Of a stretch of 64,000 bases of DNA, positions 40,197 through 51,963 are shown in pieces. Position numbers and translations under genes: made by a program. The stretch covers positions 768,001-832,000 of the forward strand of contig CAVVUN010000015.1 of the NCBI GenBank assembly GCA_963751455.1. The letters are read 5' to 3'. The notes under the pieces are model-generated. The model made no database searches and was not told the DNA's origin. It saw only the letters and a list, made by a program, of their open reading frames with translations. Positions within the stretch are counted from its first letter, which is position 1. Each line of letters opens with the position of its first letter. The DNA is from Nitrospirota bacterium (GTDB lineage Bacteria; Nitrospirota; UBA9217).

Positions 40197-40447
40197 TACA
40201 AAAAAAACATATTGCTATGTGTATGTGCCGCCGTGGTGCTGAAAATGAGATAATGACGCCGCACCATTCATTGTGCGTTCCCTCCTGACCTTTCTGTTAT
40301 ATTTAATACCATCAAGAAGTCCGAACGACCGGCTGCGACCATAGAACTAAAAATATTGCCTGCCGTTCTCTTGCAGAACCCCCTGCAGCTAAATTACTAA
40401 AAAAACTCGCTTCCATACGGCCGCCAGGGGAACAGGAGCGGACCACC

Positions 40448-42199
40448 ATGGCGAAACGCTGCTGTTTACTGATTATTGCGCTCCTGCTCAGCGGCAGACC
40501 GTTGTCAGCAGCGGAACCGGTGGAGATAATTGTGGACGGTGCCGAAGGAGATGCGCTTGCCAACATTCGCGCGGCGCTCACCCTCCCGTACGGCCTGGTT
40601 CAAAACAATGTCGTGAACGAGTTATGGATAGAACGGTTCAGTAAGCAGGCGCCGGACAGGGTTCGCAGGGCGCTTGAGCCGTTCGGCTATTACCATGCCG
40701 AGGTGCACACCAGCCTTATGAAGGTCGATGCGAACAGGTATCGTTTGTTCGTGAACGTGCTGCGCGGAGAACCTGTCCGCATTGTTGAAGTGACCGCTGT
40801 TCTAGAGGGTCCGGGCGCAGCCGAGCCTCTCTTAAAGTCGTGGATCGATCGCTTCCCGCTCCGCAAGGGTGATCCTCTTCTCCAAAAAAAATATGAAGAG
40901 ACCAAGGCGTCTCTCAAGTCCACGGCCGTGAATCTCGGGTATCTCGATGCGGAATTCCCGGTTCACGATATCCGTGTCGATCTCGAACAATTGACTGCCC
41001 GTATCGATTTGCGTCTGAAAACCGGACCGCGATACCGGTTCGGTGACGTCCGGTTCGAGGGAGCCGGCAAGTATCCCGAGGGGTTTCTCTTTCGGTTCAT
41101 CGCCTTTCACCGCGGTGATATATTTTCCTATTCGAAACTTGGAGAAACGCAGCTCAATCTCATAAACTCAGACCGGTTCAGCGAAGTTATTCTCATTCCG
41201 GAAAAGAACGAGGCGCGCGACGATCATGTGCCGGTGCTTATCACGGTAAAGGAAAAGCCTACCAAGCGTCTCCGGCCGGGGATCGGCTACGCGACCGACA
41301 CGGGGCCGAGATTTTCGCTCAATTACCGGGACTTGGACGCTTTCGAACGGGGCCAGGAATTTCATTCTGAACTCAGCCTTTCTCACCGTCTTAAGAACAT
41401 CGGCGCGGGCTACATTTTTCCCGCAGCCCGTGACATCAACAGCTTTTCGGCGATCCGGGCGTATATCGTTAGGGAAGACCTGAGCACTCATGTTATCCAG
41501 TCCGAAACCCTGGAAGTAGACAGAACCCGAAGTCTCGGGAAGGGCCGGCAAGGGACCGTATATACCAGGCTCATCAGGGAGGACTCTTCTGTCGCTGACG
41601 TCGGCACACTCTCGCGCCTGTTGATGCCCGGCGCGCGCTTTTCGGAACGGCGCTATGACAGTCTCATCCGGCCCGTTAAAGGCCACTCCTTCTCGCTCGA
41701 CCTGCATGGCACGCACGAGGCGCTCGGATCGGACACGCATTTCGTTCAGTTGGCGACCGAAGGGCACCTCCTGGCGCCCGTTGCAGGCCGCCTGTCGGTT
41801 CTGGCCAGGGTGACTGCGGGAGTAACGTTGCAGAACGCGGCCTTCGCAGAGCTTCCCGCTTCACTGCGGTTTTTTGCAGGCGGTGACCGCAGCGTCCGCG
41901 GTTATGCATACCAGTCCCTTGGGCCCGCGAACGAGGCTGGCGCTGTAACAGGCGGAAGAAATCTCCTTGCCGCAAGCGTCGAACTCGACCAGGGCTTTTC
42001 GCAGAACTGGGCGACAGCGGTTTTTTATGACGCCGGCAATGCCTTTAATTCGTTCTCCAGTTTTGATCTGTTTTCCGGCGCCGGCATAGGCTTACGGTAC
42101 TATACGGCGGTCGGCGCAATCCGGATCGACATCGCCAGGCAGCTCCGTGTAGAAAATCCGAAGTATCGCCTGCACATAACGATGGGAGTTGAATTTTGA
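40448..42199 (+). CDS. tamA: Translocation and assembly module TamA
   Basis: ALEPFGYY POTRA repeats; RFFAGGDRSVRGY; GIGLRYYTAVGAIRIDIA; terminal F. Confidence 0.9.
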   Translation: MAKRCCLLIIALLLSGRPLSAAEPVEIIVDGAEGDALANIRAALTLPYGLVQNNVVNELWIERFSKQAPDRVRRALEPFGYYHAEVHTSLMKVDANRYRLFVNVLRGEPVRIVEVTAVLEGPGAAEPLLKSWIDRFPLRKGDPLLQKKYEETKASLKSTAVNLGYLDAEFPVHDIRVDLEQLTARIDLRLKTGPRYRFGDVRFEGAGKYPEGFLFRFIAFHRGDIFSYSKLGETQLNLINSDRFSEVILIPEKNEARDDHVPVLITVKEKPTKRLRPGIGYATDTGPRFSLNYRDLDAFERGQEFHSELSLSHRLKNIGAGYIFPAARDINSFSAIRAYIVREDLSTHVIQSETLEVDRTRSLGKGRQGTVYTRLIREDSSVADVGTLSRLLMPGARFSERRYDSLIRPVKGHSFSLDLHGTHEALGSDTHFVQLATEGHLLAPVAGRLSVLARVTAGVTLQNAAFAELPASLRFFAGGDRSVRGYAYQSLGPANEAGAVTGGRNLLAASVELDQGFSQNWATAVFYDAGNAFNSFSSFDLFSGAGIGLRYYTAVGAIRIDIARQLRVENPKYRLHITMGVEF

Positions 42200-45100
42200 G
42201 ACAGCGACTGACTTATATGTTTCTGGTCCTGTTTAGCGCGTCAACCCTCGCCGTTGTTGCGGGCATCGCATGGGTGACCGGTACAACGCAAGGCGCCCGC
42301 TGGCTTCTTGACCAGATATCGCAAAGGACTGCGCTCGAGATCAGTACCGAACGGCTTGAAGGAACGCTTGGCCGCGATTTGCGCGTGCACGGTCTGACTG
42401 TTTCCTGGCCTGGTGGAAATGCGCAGATTAAGAACATGCGGCTTCGATGGCGTCCCATTCTCCTGCTCTCATGCCGGTTCGTTATAACCGGGCTTTCCGT
42501 CGATGACGTCACTATCCAGGACAACGCTCCTGAGGAGAAGAAGCAGCCCGGTCTTTCCATGGCCAACGGTGAGCCGCCTTTTCACATACCTATTTGTCAG
42601 GATCGATCATTTTCATGTCGACCGGCTGCAATACCGGAAACTTGACCGGCCTCCCGTAATAGTAAAAAGATTCTCGGGTACCATCATTCTCGGCAATGGT
42701 TTCATAAGCGCGAACAAAGTCGAGATCGATATGCCGCAGGGCAGAGCCGGGTTGTCCATAAAAGCAGGTCTGTGGAAACCCTCCCTCGATCTCGATATGC
42801 AGTTTATCCCCGCTCATCCTGTTGCAGCAATGGACCGTTTTACCATACGAGCAGATCTTCTTCCCGCCCGTGCCCCGGACCGGGTATCCGGGCCTGTTAA
42901 AGTAGCAGCGATGTCCGGGCCGCGAACCGACCTGGAGGTTGCCGGAATACTCACAGTCGCAGAACAATCCGTTCGCCTTGCCGGGCTGCGCGCCTTTCGT
43001 CCCAATATGAAGGGAACGGCAACAGGCCAGGCCGAACTCATTCTCGCGGCAGATCAACCGTTCTTCCGCCTGCAGCTGAATTTTGCAGGGATCGATCTGC
43101 GTCCGGAACTGACAGTTGCCACTGACCTGTCCGGAAAGTTGAATATCGAAGGCAACCCGGACCGCTATGCGGGCGATATCACGATCGAAAACAGAGGAAA
43201 AGCACCGCGTACGGCTGCACTCTCCGCTTCCTTTCACGGAACTGCGGATGATATCCGGATGACGGCGATCAGGGGAACATGGCTCGGCGGGACGCTGACG
43301 GGTGACGCCAGGGTTTCCTGGAAAGATGCAGCGTCCTTCGCAGCCGCGCTGAAAGCCCGCTCCCTGAATCCTGCCGCTTTTTCGCCGTCATGGGAAGGAA
43401 CTGTAAATGCGGACGTCAGCGCGGCAGCCCGCTGGCCGCGGTCAGGGAAGCCCGAGGGAAGGCTTTCGCTTCTGCTTCTTGAAAGCCGTTTACGCGGAAA
43501 GGATCTGACCGGTGAACTTCGCGTGCGGTCGTCGAAGACTGACGTGCATCTGGACCGGCTGTTTCTTCGCGGGCAAGGCTTTTCCATGCAAGCGGGGGGC
43601 AGTTTGTCCGGAGGAATCCGGATGAAGACGGCTGTTTCGGATATATCGCTCTTCGTGCCGGAAACACGGGGATCAATCGATCTCGAAGGATCTGTCCGCT
43701 TGCGGGCGAATCTTTATTCCGGATGGCTTAAACTGCAGGGTCAGGCCATCGAGATCGAGGGCATAGAGTCAGGGTCGCTGGAACTTTCAGCCGCAGTCGA
43801 CGAGGGTAAGGACTATCCCTTTCGGTTTCACACGGCTTTTGCCGGCTTTACATATAAGGCGCTTCACGCAGACACGATTGTTCTCGACGGCGACGGTACG
43901 CTCTCAAACCACCACATTCGCGCCTCGATCGATTCGCCGGTTTTCAGAGCGGATGCCGCTCTCTCCGGGTCCTATTCGAACGGCGAATGGCTGGGGAGGA
44001 TTGCGCGCCTGTCCGGCCGCGATCATGTGGGTGGCTGGGACCAGGAAGCTCCTTCTGAGTTTCGGGTAAGCAGAGAGAGATTATCGCTGTCCCGGATTAT
44101 ACTGAGAGGCCAGGCCAACGAACAGGTCAAGCTTGACGCCGACGTCATGATCCAGGCCCAGCGCGGTTCAGTCAATGCCGAATGGCGGCAGCTTAACCTT
44201 GCCCGGGCAAACCTCTGGCTCAACGGCCTGGCCTTTTCCGGCGCGACCGACGGCGTGGCAAATTTGCAACTGCCGGAAAGGGGCCGCATTTAGGCAGGGG
44301 CAACCGCTGCGGCATCGGGGACCGTGACGATCGGTACACGCCAGGATCGTCATCAAAGAGTCGTCACTCAAAGGCGAGTGGAACGAACGAGGGCTTCTCG
44401 CTGCCGCGACACTGGTCACGGAACGCGGCAAGGCGCATGCCCGCGTGTACTCATCCGGTCGACCCGGCCCGGCTCTGCCGGAGCATGCCGAGGTCTCGGC
44501 TGACTGGGAAGAGTTCGACCTTGCCCTGATCGGCGCCTGGGTTAAGGACGTTCAGCTGTCCGGAGCAATCTCAGGCCGGTTAAAAGGAACGGTGAACAGC
44601 GGAAAAATACTGGACTTTGCCGGAGAAGTTTCTGTGGCAGAGGGCGCTCTTCGCCGCCGTGTGCGGGACGTTGAGATTTCCGCTGCTGTTAAGAAGGTCA
44701 TTCTCGGCTGGACCTGGCGCGGCGATATACTGAGCGGTTCTATCAAGATGGCCCTTGCAGAACATGGAGAGGCAGATGCTCGTTTCAGTATTCCGCTGCC
44801 GGCCCGTCTACCGGTCTCCATAGAGCCTGGAGGGCACGTTCGCGCTGCTCTTACCGGAACCGTACAAGAACTCGGTATCCTTACCGCATTTTTCCCCGGC
44901 CTTATCGAGGATAGCCGCGGGCAGCTCGATCTTGACCTGCGGGTGGAAGGGACATGGGCAGCGCCGGCTCTGAAAGGCTCCATCGTTCTCGATAAGGCCG
45001 CCGGCTATTTCCCGGCTGCAGGCATTCACGTAACCGGGATTCGCGTCAAAGTACGGATGGAACAGGACCGAATATACGTAGACACCGCCGAAGCCCGCTC

Positions 45101-46193
45101 AGGGCCCGGTACCCTTACGGGTAGCGCCGTGATAGACATGGAACAATGGAGGATTTCCGGCTTCAAGGGCAGCTTGAGCGGCGACGCATTCGAAGCTCTT
45201 TACCTGCCGGACCTGCGAATCCAGCTGAGCCCGCGCATCGAATTCGAAGGCTCACGGCAGAAAGTTTCCGTCAGGGGAGAAATACTCGTGCCGGAGTTTT
45301 TGACCTATGGCCGGCCGCAGGAGGCTTCCATAAAGCCGAGCAGCGACGTCATGATAACGGACGGCACGAGGGAGCCCGCGGAATTGCCCGTTGCTCTCGA
45401 CCTCAAAGTCAAAGTCTTGCTGGGCAAGCACGTTCTCGTAAAAGCAGAGGGGGCCGACGCACAGCTCGGCGGAAGCGTGGAGCTGAGGTCCGGGAAAAAC
45501 AATGAAGTCCTGGGTACGGGCGAAATCACGGTCGTTAAAGGCAGGTACAGCGCCTACGGCGTAAACCTCGATATTAAGAGAGGACGGGTCCTCTTCGCGG
45601 GCGGCCCGGTCGACAACCCGGGGCTCGACATCCTTGCCCTGCGCAGGGTGGGGGAGGTCCGGGCCGGGGTGGTCATTACGGGGTCGACGCAGCAACCGCA
45701 GGTAAAGCTGTATTCCGAACCATCCATGCAGGATATCGATATTCTGGCCTACATCGTGCTCGGCCATCCTTTGGGCGAAGACCGCACCCAGGGCCTGTCC
45801 TTGATGCAGGCGGCAGGACTCCTTCTGTCGGCAGGACAATCGGCAACGCTCCAGGATCAAATGAAACAACGGCTGGGAGTCGATACACTTGATATCGAGA
45901 CGCAGGCCCCGGGCAAGACGCAGACGGTTCCCGGTCAGCCTGCGGGCGCCGCGCCGACGACCGGGCCGGTGGCGCAAACAGGCGGACAGCCCGCGGGGGA
46001 CCAGGTGGCCCGTTCTCTCATAACGGTCGGCAAATATCTTACACCCAGGTTATATGTCAGTTATGGCCGGTCCCTGTTTACCGGCGAAAACGAATTCAGG
46101 CTGCGGTATTCGTTCTCGAAGCGCTGGGAAGTGGAAACGCAAACCGGCATCGAAAGCGGTGTCGATCTTTTCTATAAAATAGATTTCGACTAG
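42196..46193 (+). CDS. tamB: Translocation and assembly module TamB, at least 2 frameshifts
   Basis: N-terminal anchor with T..GARWL; DUF490 C-terminus GKYLTPRLYVSY...SGVDLFY. Confidence 0.85.
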
Positions 46194-46518
46194 TACAACG
46201 TAAACCTAGTTGTTAATAGTTCCACGACGTCATTACGGTGTGCTTTAAGCCAACAAGCCGGAACTAAAAAGATTGAACCGCGAGGGCGCAAAGGTCGCCA
46301 GGAAGGCAATACTATCCTGTGGCATATTACGGGAATTTCGCTTTCCTCGCGTTCCTCGCGACTTCGCGGTAAATGTTCCTGCCGTTTTGAGAGGAATTCG
46401 ATTTGTAACTGACTACTGGACCCGGCTAAAGGTGCAATACAATCAAGAATTAGTTTTACAGTGCACTAGCAGTGTTGAAAAGTCGATTATTCCGGTTATA
46501 AAGGCAGGAGGTGCGGAC

Positions 46519-46905
46519 ATGACTTACTATTTTACCAAGACCGTGCAGACAACATTCGAAGACGCGGTAAAGCGCGTGACCGAGGAACTCGCAAAGGAAG
46601 GATTCGGCGTCCTGAGCGATATCGACGTGAAAGCAACCTTCAAAAAGAAATTGAACGTTGACTTCAGGAACTACCGGATCCTGGGTGCATGCAATCCGCA
46701 GTTTGCCCAGCGTGCACTGGAGGTTGAAGACAAGATAGGAACGATGCTTCCCTGCAGCGTGGTCGTACAGGAAATCGAAAGCGTCGGCGCTGAAGTTTCG
46801 GCAATCGACCCTGTGATGTCGATGCAAGCGGTCCAGAACCCGGAGCTGCAGGCAATCGCCGAGGAGGTGCGCGAAAAGCTGAAAACGGTCATACGAAAGG
46901 TATGA
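46519..46905 (+). CDS. DUF302 family protein
   Basis: RBS GGAGG; GFGVLSDIDV, YRILGACNP, MLPC. Confidence 0.9.
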   Translation: MTYYFTKTVQTTFEDAVKRVTEELAKEGFGVLSDIDVKATFKKKLNVDFRNYRILGACNPQFAQRALEVEDKIGTMLPCSVVVQEIESVGAEVSAIDPVMSMQAVQNPELQAIAEEVREKLKTVIRKV

Positions 46906-46931
46906 GGCTCAAACCCGAACAATTACGGCGT

Positions 46932-47690
46932 TTACAGCGCCTCTATTTTTACAACAACAACGGTTATATTGTCGGCCCCGCCGTGGTCGTTTGCGAGGTC
47001 AACGAGCCTCGCGGCAGCAGCCGCCGGCGCTAGATTCTGCAGTACGATTTTGATTTCGGAGTCATCAACCATGTCCGTGAGCCCGTCGGTGCAGAGCAGG
47101 AACGTGTCGTCAGGAGCCGGATCGATCTTCCGGAGTTCGATACGGAGTTCCTCTTCTATTCCGAGCGCGCGCGTTATAATATGCCGGTAGGGATTAGACC
47201 GGGCCTGCTCAGGAGGGAGCAGGCCTGCCCGCACGAGTTCCGCGACGACTGAATTGTCTTCACTGATCTGGCTTAGTAATCCAGCCTTCAAACGGTACGC
47301 CCTGCTGTCGCCGATATGCGCAAGATAAACGCTCGTGCCAAAGAAAAGGGCCGTAAGCGTGGTTCCCATTCCGGAGAGAACCGGATTACCGGCGGCAGCC
47401 TTCCGAATATTTGCGTTTGCCCGACTGAATGCCGTCTCCAGCGCCGAACGACAGGGATCAACGGCAGAGGGCCGCTCCCGAACGGCTGCGTCCGGCCCTG
47501 AGGCAAGCAGCAGCGGAACTTCGCGGGCCACGGTATCGACTGCCAGCCGGCTGGCTACCTCCCCGCCCTGGTGCCCGCCGATGCCGTCCGCCACCGCATA
47601 CAGTCCGTTGCCATCGTCGATGAGATACGAATCCTCATTGTTCTTTCTTGATTTGCCGCTGTCTGTCCGTCCGAAAGAGACGATTTTCAT
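46932..47690 (-). CDS. PP2C-type Ser/Thr phosphatase (Stp1/IreP)
   Basis: R.NNED, VADGIGGH, GMGTT, HIGDSR, LCTDGL, GGADN. Confidence 0.93.
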   Translation of the reverse strand: MKIVSFGRTDSGKSRKNNEDSYLIDDGNGLYAVADGIGGHQGGEVASRLAVDTVAREVPLLLASGPDAAVRERPSAVDPCRSALETAFSRANANIRKAAAGNPVLSGMGTTLTALFFGTSVYLAHIGDSRAYRLKAGLLSQISEDNSVVAELVRAGLLPPEQARSNPYRHIITRALGIEEELRIELRKIDPAPDDTFLLCTDGLTDMVDDSEIKIVLQNLAPAAAAARLVDLANDHGGADNITVVVVKIEAL

Positions 47691-47966
47691 AGGCCGATAA
47701 TCGGGTTCAGGAAAACGAGGCTTCACACAGTGCTACCTTGGTAAGGATGCCGGCAGGCCGGAGATGGTTCCAATGATAGAATATTACGGCAGTTGCGTCA
47801 AGCTGAATCCCGGCAACTCATGAAATGATAGACGGAGAATTCATTGTAGCGGAACCGGGGATCAAGGCGGGACAAGGGAAAGAGATCAGGCTCGACCGGA
47901 ACAAGGGAGTAATGAAAACCTGTTTCAAGGAAATCCAGAGGTCGCTACATTCCCAACTCTGTATTT

Positions 47967-48203
47967 CTAGCCTTGTTTTTTCTTCTCTTCATACAGAGCG
48001 AGCAAAGGCAGGGTATCCATGTTCAGGACATTTGCATACATCTTCAGATAACCCCGGTCGAACACGTTCGGGATGCTCTGAAATTTACCCTCTTCCATGT
48101 CCTTGAGATAATGAGCGCTTATGCGGGTCCTCCTTGCAATGTCTCCGATCTCAAGTCCGCGCGCCACTCTTCCTTCTTTCAACATACGACCGATATTACG
48201 CAT
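47967..48203 (-). CDS. RodZ-like HTH protein (HTH only)
   Basis: IG..LKEGR...TRIS..YL..MEEG.F...RGYLK.YA. Confidence 0.75.
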   Translation of the reverse strand: MRNIGRMLKEGRVARGLEIGDIARRTRISAHYLKDMEEGKFQSIPNVFDRGYLKMYANVLNMDTLPLLALYEEKKKQG

Positions 48204-48566
48204 CTTCGCCCCCCCGACGTTTAAGAGTAATATAGGTTAACAGATTCAGGATTCTGTCCGGGGATCAATCCCCAGGCCGGGAATCTGGTTATTTTTTAAT
48301 AAAGCATTGCTGCAATCACAAATCCAAAGAACCGAGACAGGAGCGCTTCCGCTCTGTAGATTGTATCAAAATTTTCAGAAAAGCGAGGATTTTTTATTTT
48401 CCTATCACGAAACGGACACAAAAGCAACGTAAATTTCTAATTTTGTAATTCTGCAACTTTTCGTTTTTTGTGCGACACAACATCTTGTGCCGTTCTTTGT
48501 AAAACCACCAGTTCTGCTCTTTTTTATATTGATCGTCGCCGCATAAACGTGCTATAAACCAGGAAC

Positions 48567-49256
48567 ATGAAAACGTTTTACCCGGTCCTCCGGCATAAAA
48601 ACAGCAAGTTGTATGCACAGGCCTCCGCGCTCGCCCTGGTCACGATTCTCTATAATATCGTTGAAGGATTGGTGTCGGTCTTCTTCGGCCTGGAAGATGA
48701 AAGCATGTCGCTGTTCGGCTTTGGGCTCGATTCCTTTGTGGAAGTGGTTTCGGGCATCGGCATCTGGCACATGATCCGAAGAATACGGCGGCACGACGGG
48801 GAGAACCCGGACGTATTCGAGAAACGGGCGCTCAGGATCACGGGGTCCGCTTTCTATGCGCTTACGGCAGGGCTCGCGATTACTTCTCTCGTCGATTTGT
48901 ACCGGGGGCACAAACCGGAAAGCACGTTCTGGGGAATTGCGGTCTCTCTCGTATCAATTTTTGCAATGTGGGCGCTGATCCGGGCAAAGGTTTCGGTCGG
49001 GAGAAGACTGAATTCTCAGGCAATACTTGCGGATGCCGCCTGCACTCGCGCCTGCCTCCAGCTATCCGTAGTGCTGCTGATTGCGAGTGCGGGATACAGG
49101 CTTACGGGATTCGGCGGACTCGATTCCATCGGGGCGCTCGTGATCGCTGTGTTGTGTCTCCGGGAAGGCAAAGAAGCCTTTGAAAAAGCGCGGGCGGGAA
49201 GTTTTGCCTGCACGTGCGGAGGGAGCTGTAGAGAAGCAGAAACAGCGAAAAAATGA
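48567..49256 (+). CDS. Cation efflux (CDF-like) membrane protein
   Basis: YNIVEG, LFGFGLDSFVEV, ILADA, Cys-rich tail. Confidence 0.8.
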   Translation: MKTFYPVLRHKNSKLYAQASALALVTILYNIVEGLVSVFFGLEDESMSLFGFGLDSFVEVVSGIGIWHMIRRIRRHDGENPDVFEKRALRITGSAFYALTAGLAITSLVDLYRGHKPESTFWGIAVSLVSIFAMWALIRAKVSVGRRLNSQAILADAACTRACLQLSVVLLIASAGYRLTGFGGLDSIGALVIAVLCLREGKEAFEKARAGSFACTCGGSCREAETAKK

Positions 49257-49292
49257 AAAAAGAGGGACGATGGGAGCATCAGAGGCTGAAGG

Positions 49293-49931
49293 ATGAAATT
49301 CAAAATTGACTTGCACGTACACTCACGATACAGCACTGACAATGATTCCGATCCGGAGGAAACAGTTGTCCGCGCCATTGAACTGGGTCTGCACGGGATT
49401 GCCTTTACCGAGCACTATCATTACGCTGCTTCGGAGCCGATCGAGACGCTGAAGGAAAAATACCGGGCCAGCATCATGATATTCAGGGGCGTGGAATACT
49501 CTACCGCGGAAGGGCATTGTCTTATTTTCGGCGCTGATACGGATAAACTCGGCATAAAATACGCTCCTGCGGCGGACGTGATCCGCTTCGTGAACGGTTC
49601 GGGCGGTGTGGTCATTCCATCGCATCCGTACAGGCCCGGGACGAGCCTCGGCGACAGCGTCATGGGACTCGAAGGCATTACCGGCCTTGAGGGGTATAAC
49701 GGCGCAAACATGCACTCGTTTAACCTTCAGGCTATCGCGGCGGCAAAGGCCCTTAAGCTGCCCTTTACCGGGGGCTCCGACGCGCACTCCGCCCGGGAAA
49801 TCGGTTCCTGCTATACAGAGTTTCCGTGCGAGGTAACCTACGATAATTTTATAGCTTTACTGCGTTCGGGGAACTATTGCGGTGTGGATACGAGGAAGAT
49901 ATCGAGGATTGTCTTAGAAGGTCATCAGTAG
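49293..49931 (+). CDS. PHP domain phosphoesterase
   Basis: DLHVHS, TEH, GVE, SHP, GGSDAH. Confidence 0.9.
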   Translation: MKFKIDLHVHSRYSTDNDSDPEETVVRAIELGLHGIAFTEHYHYAASEPIETLKEKYRASIMIFRGVEYSTAEGHCLIFGADTDKLGIKYAPAADVIRFVNGSGGVVIPSHPYRPGTSLGDSVMGLEGITGLEGYNGANMHSFNLQAIAAAKALKLPFTGGSDAHSAREIGSCYTEFPCEVTYDNFIALLRSGNYCGVDTRKISRIVLEGHQ

Positions 49932-49960
49932 TTTTTGCTGTGTAGACGACTAGAGAAGAG

Positions 49961-50950
49961 TTAACCGATATGATAGTGCGTCAGGAGTTTCTGGATCCCC
50001 CAGGCCATGGAGATGCAGACCGGCAGGGTAAGGACCCATGCCATCACGATCTTGCCCGCTATGCCCCACCGCACCGCCGAGAGCCGTTTCGTTGCGCCCA
50101 CTCCCAGGATCGCGGTTGAGACCACATGCGTCGTGCTTACGGGCAGGCCCCAATGGCTTGCTGCCACGATAATCGCAGTGGAGGACGTTTCCGCGGCAAA
50201 GCCGTGAATAGGCTCGAGCTTCAGCATTTTGACGCCGAGAGTCTTGATGATCTTCCATCCCCCGAACAGGGTGCCGAATCCCATTGCAAGCGCGCAGATT
50301 AAGATTACCCATTTGGGCACATCGAGCGTATGCAGCACTCCCCCGCTTACCAGGGCCATGGTTATTATTCCCATGGCCTTCTGCGCGTCGTTGGAACCGT
50401 GGCCGAATGCCATAAAGGCCGATGACACGATCTGCAGCCTTCCGAAGTACTTGCTGATTATGCCGGGCGACAACCGGCCGAAGAGTCTCAGGATGAGTTT
50501 CATGAACAGGTAGCCGATGATTATACCGAGCACGGGCGAGATGAGAAGCGATGTCAGGATTTTCACAATCCCGCCGACATTCAGGATGCCGATCCCGCCG
50601 TGCGCCGTTGCTGCCCCTGCGATTCCGCCGAACAGCGCATGGGAAGAGCTTACGGGAAGCCCCATCAGGATTGTGATCAGGTTCCAGAGGATGGCGGAGA
50701 GCAGCGCGGAGATGATGACGAGGTCGGTGACTGCCAGGGGGTCAACGATGCCTGATCCGACGGTTTTAGCTACGGCTGTCGTCAGGAAGGCGCCGAAGAT
50801 GTTCATCCCGGCGGCCAGCATTACGGCAGCCAGGGGTGAAAGTACCTTGGTCGATACTACGGTGGCAATGGCATTGGCCGCGTCGTGCCACCCGTTCGCG
50901 ATATCGAAAAATACCGCGAGAACGATGATCAGTATCAGGATCTCATGCAT
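49961..50950 (-). CDS. pit: PiT-family inorganic phosphate transporter
   Basis: NGWHDAANAIAT, PVSSSHAL, HGSNDAQK, PVSTTH. Confidence 0.93.
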   Translation of the reverse strand: MHEILILIIVLAVFFDIANGWHDAANAIATVVSTKVLSPLAAVMLAAGMNIFGAFLTTAVAKTVGSGIVDPLAVTDLVIISALLSAILWNLITILMGLPVSSSHALFGGIAGAATAHGGIGILNVGGIVKILTSLLISPVLGIIIGYLFMKLILRLFGRLSPGIISKYFGRLQIVSSAFMAFGHGSNDAQKAMGIITMALVSGGVLHTLDVPKWVILICALAMGFGTLFGGWKIIKTLGVKMLKLEPIHGFAAETSSTAIIVAASHWGLPVSTTHVVSTAILGVGATKRLSAVRWGIAGKIVMAWVLTLPVCISMAWGIQKLLTHYHIG

Positions 50951-51560
50951 TTTTGAGGACTATGCTTTCGAGAATATTCGCGACGTCTTCAGCCCTGTCC
51001 GACGCGTCCTCGAAGAGCTGATAAATATCCTTCCACTTGATGATGTATACCGGATCATTCTTCTCGTTTACCAGTTTGCCGAGGGCATCCCGGTACTTGC
51101 GGTCGATCCTGTTCTCCAGCCGGTTGATCTCGATGCAGTGCTCCTGCACATGTGAATATTGTTTCGCGCGAAGGTCCCGGAGCGCTTTCTTCAGGATGTC
51201 CGCAGTCATCTGCAGGTCTTCGGCAATGGATATGACTTCGGGCGTCGGTTTTTCTATTTTATAGACGGACATTCTGTCCACGGCCGCCCAGATGAGGTCG
51301 AGAACATCGTCAATCCTCGACGCAAGCGCATGAATGTCCTCGCGGTCTATCGGCGTCAGGAACGTCCTGTTCAGGTCCTTCATGATGTCATGCGTGAGCA
51401 TGTCGCCTTCCTGCTCGAACTCGTAAATGGCCTTCGCCTTCTTCTCGAAGGTTTCGAAATTATTCATCAGGTCGACGAGGACGTTGGCGGCCCGGGAAAC
51501 GTTCTCGAGTGCGCGATCGAACTGTTGAAAGAAATCTATTTTTTTCGGGAATAATGCCAT
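50943..51560 (-). CDS. DUF47 (PhoU-like) Pit accessory protein
   Basis: E.EGD..H, TF.TPIDREDI, ASRIDD; coupled to pit. Confidence 0.9.
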   Translation of the reverse strand: MALFPKKIDFFQQFDRALENVSRAANVLVDLMNNFETFEKKAKAIYEFEQEGDMLTHDIMKDLNRTFLTPIDREDIHALASRIDDVLDLIWAAVDRMSVYKIEKPTPEVISIAEDLQMTADILKKALRDLRAKQYSHVQEHCIEINRLENRIDRKYRDALGKLVNEKNDPVYIIKWKDIYQLFEDASDRAEDVANILESIVLKNA

Positions 51561-51764
51561 AAATAGATCTATTCACTCCTTACTCGGGATTTTTGGCGAT
51601 TGCCGATACAGGCTGGGGACTTCCATAACGAACAGTTTCAAAATATATCATAAACCGGTTTCAGACGCAACTTCAAAATTTTTAATTTAAAGGAAATGGT
51701 ATAGCGCATGAAGACAATATTAAATCGAAACTGTCCCGGGTTTACTGCTCTCTGAAAAAAAATT

Positions 51765-51921
51765 GTAACCATTCAGCTTCTTTTCAGAACGGCATTAAGA
51801 CAAATCTGAGAAAAAACCCTTCTATCCGCAGATTTCGCAGATTTACGCAGATTTTTACCGGAATTCTGGTTTTGTTTTTATCTGCGTAATCTGCGGATAA
51901 AAAAATGACCTGAATAGTTAC
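51765..51921 (-). mobile_element. MITE family 2, copy 2
   Basis: GTAACCATTCAG...CTGAATAGTTAC; 8-bp TSD AAAAAATT. Confidence 0.85.
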
Positions 51922-51963
51922 AAAAAATTAAAGAATATTACATCATATGCTATAGTATCAGTC

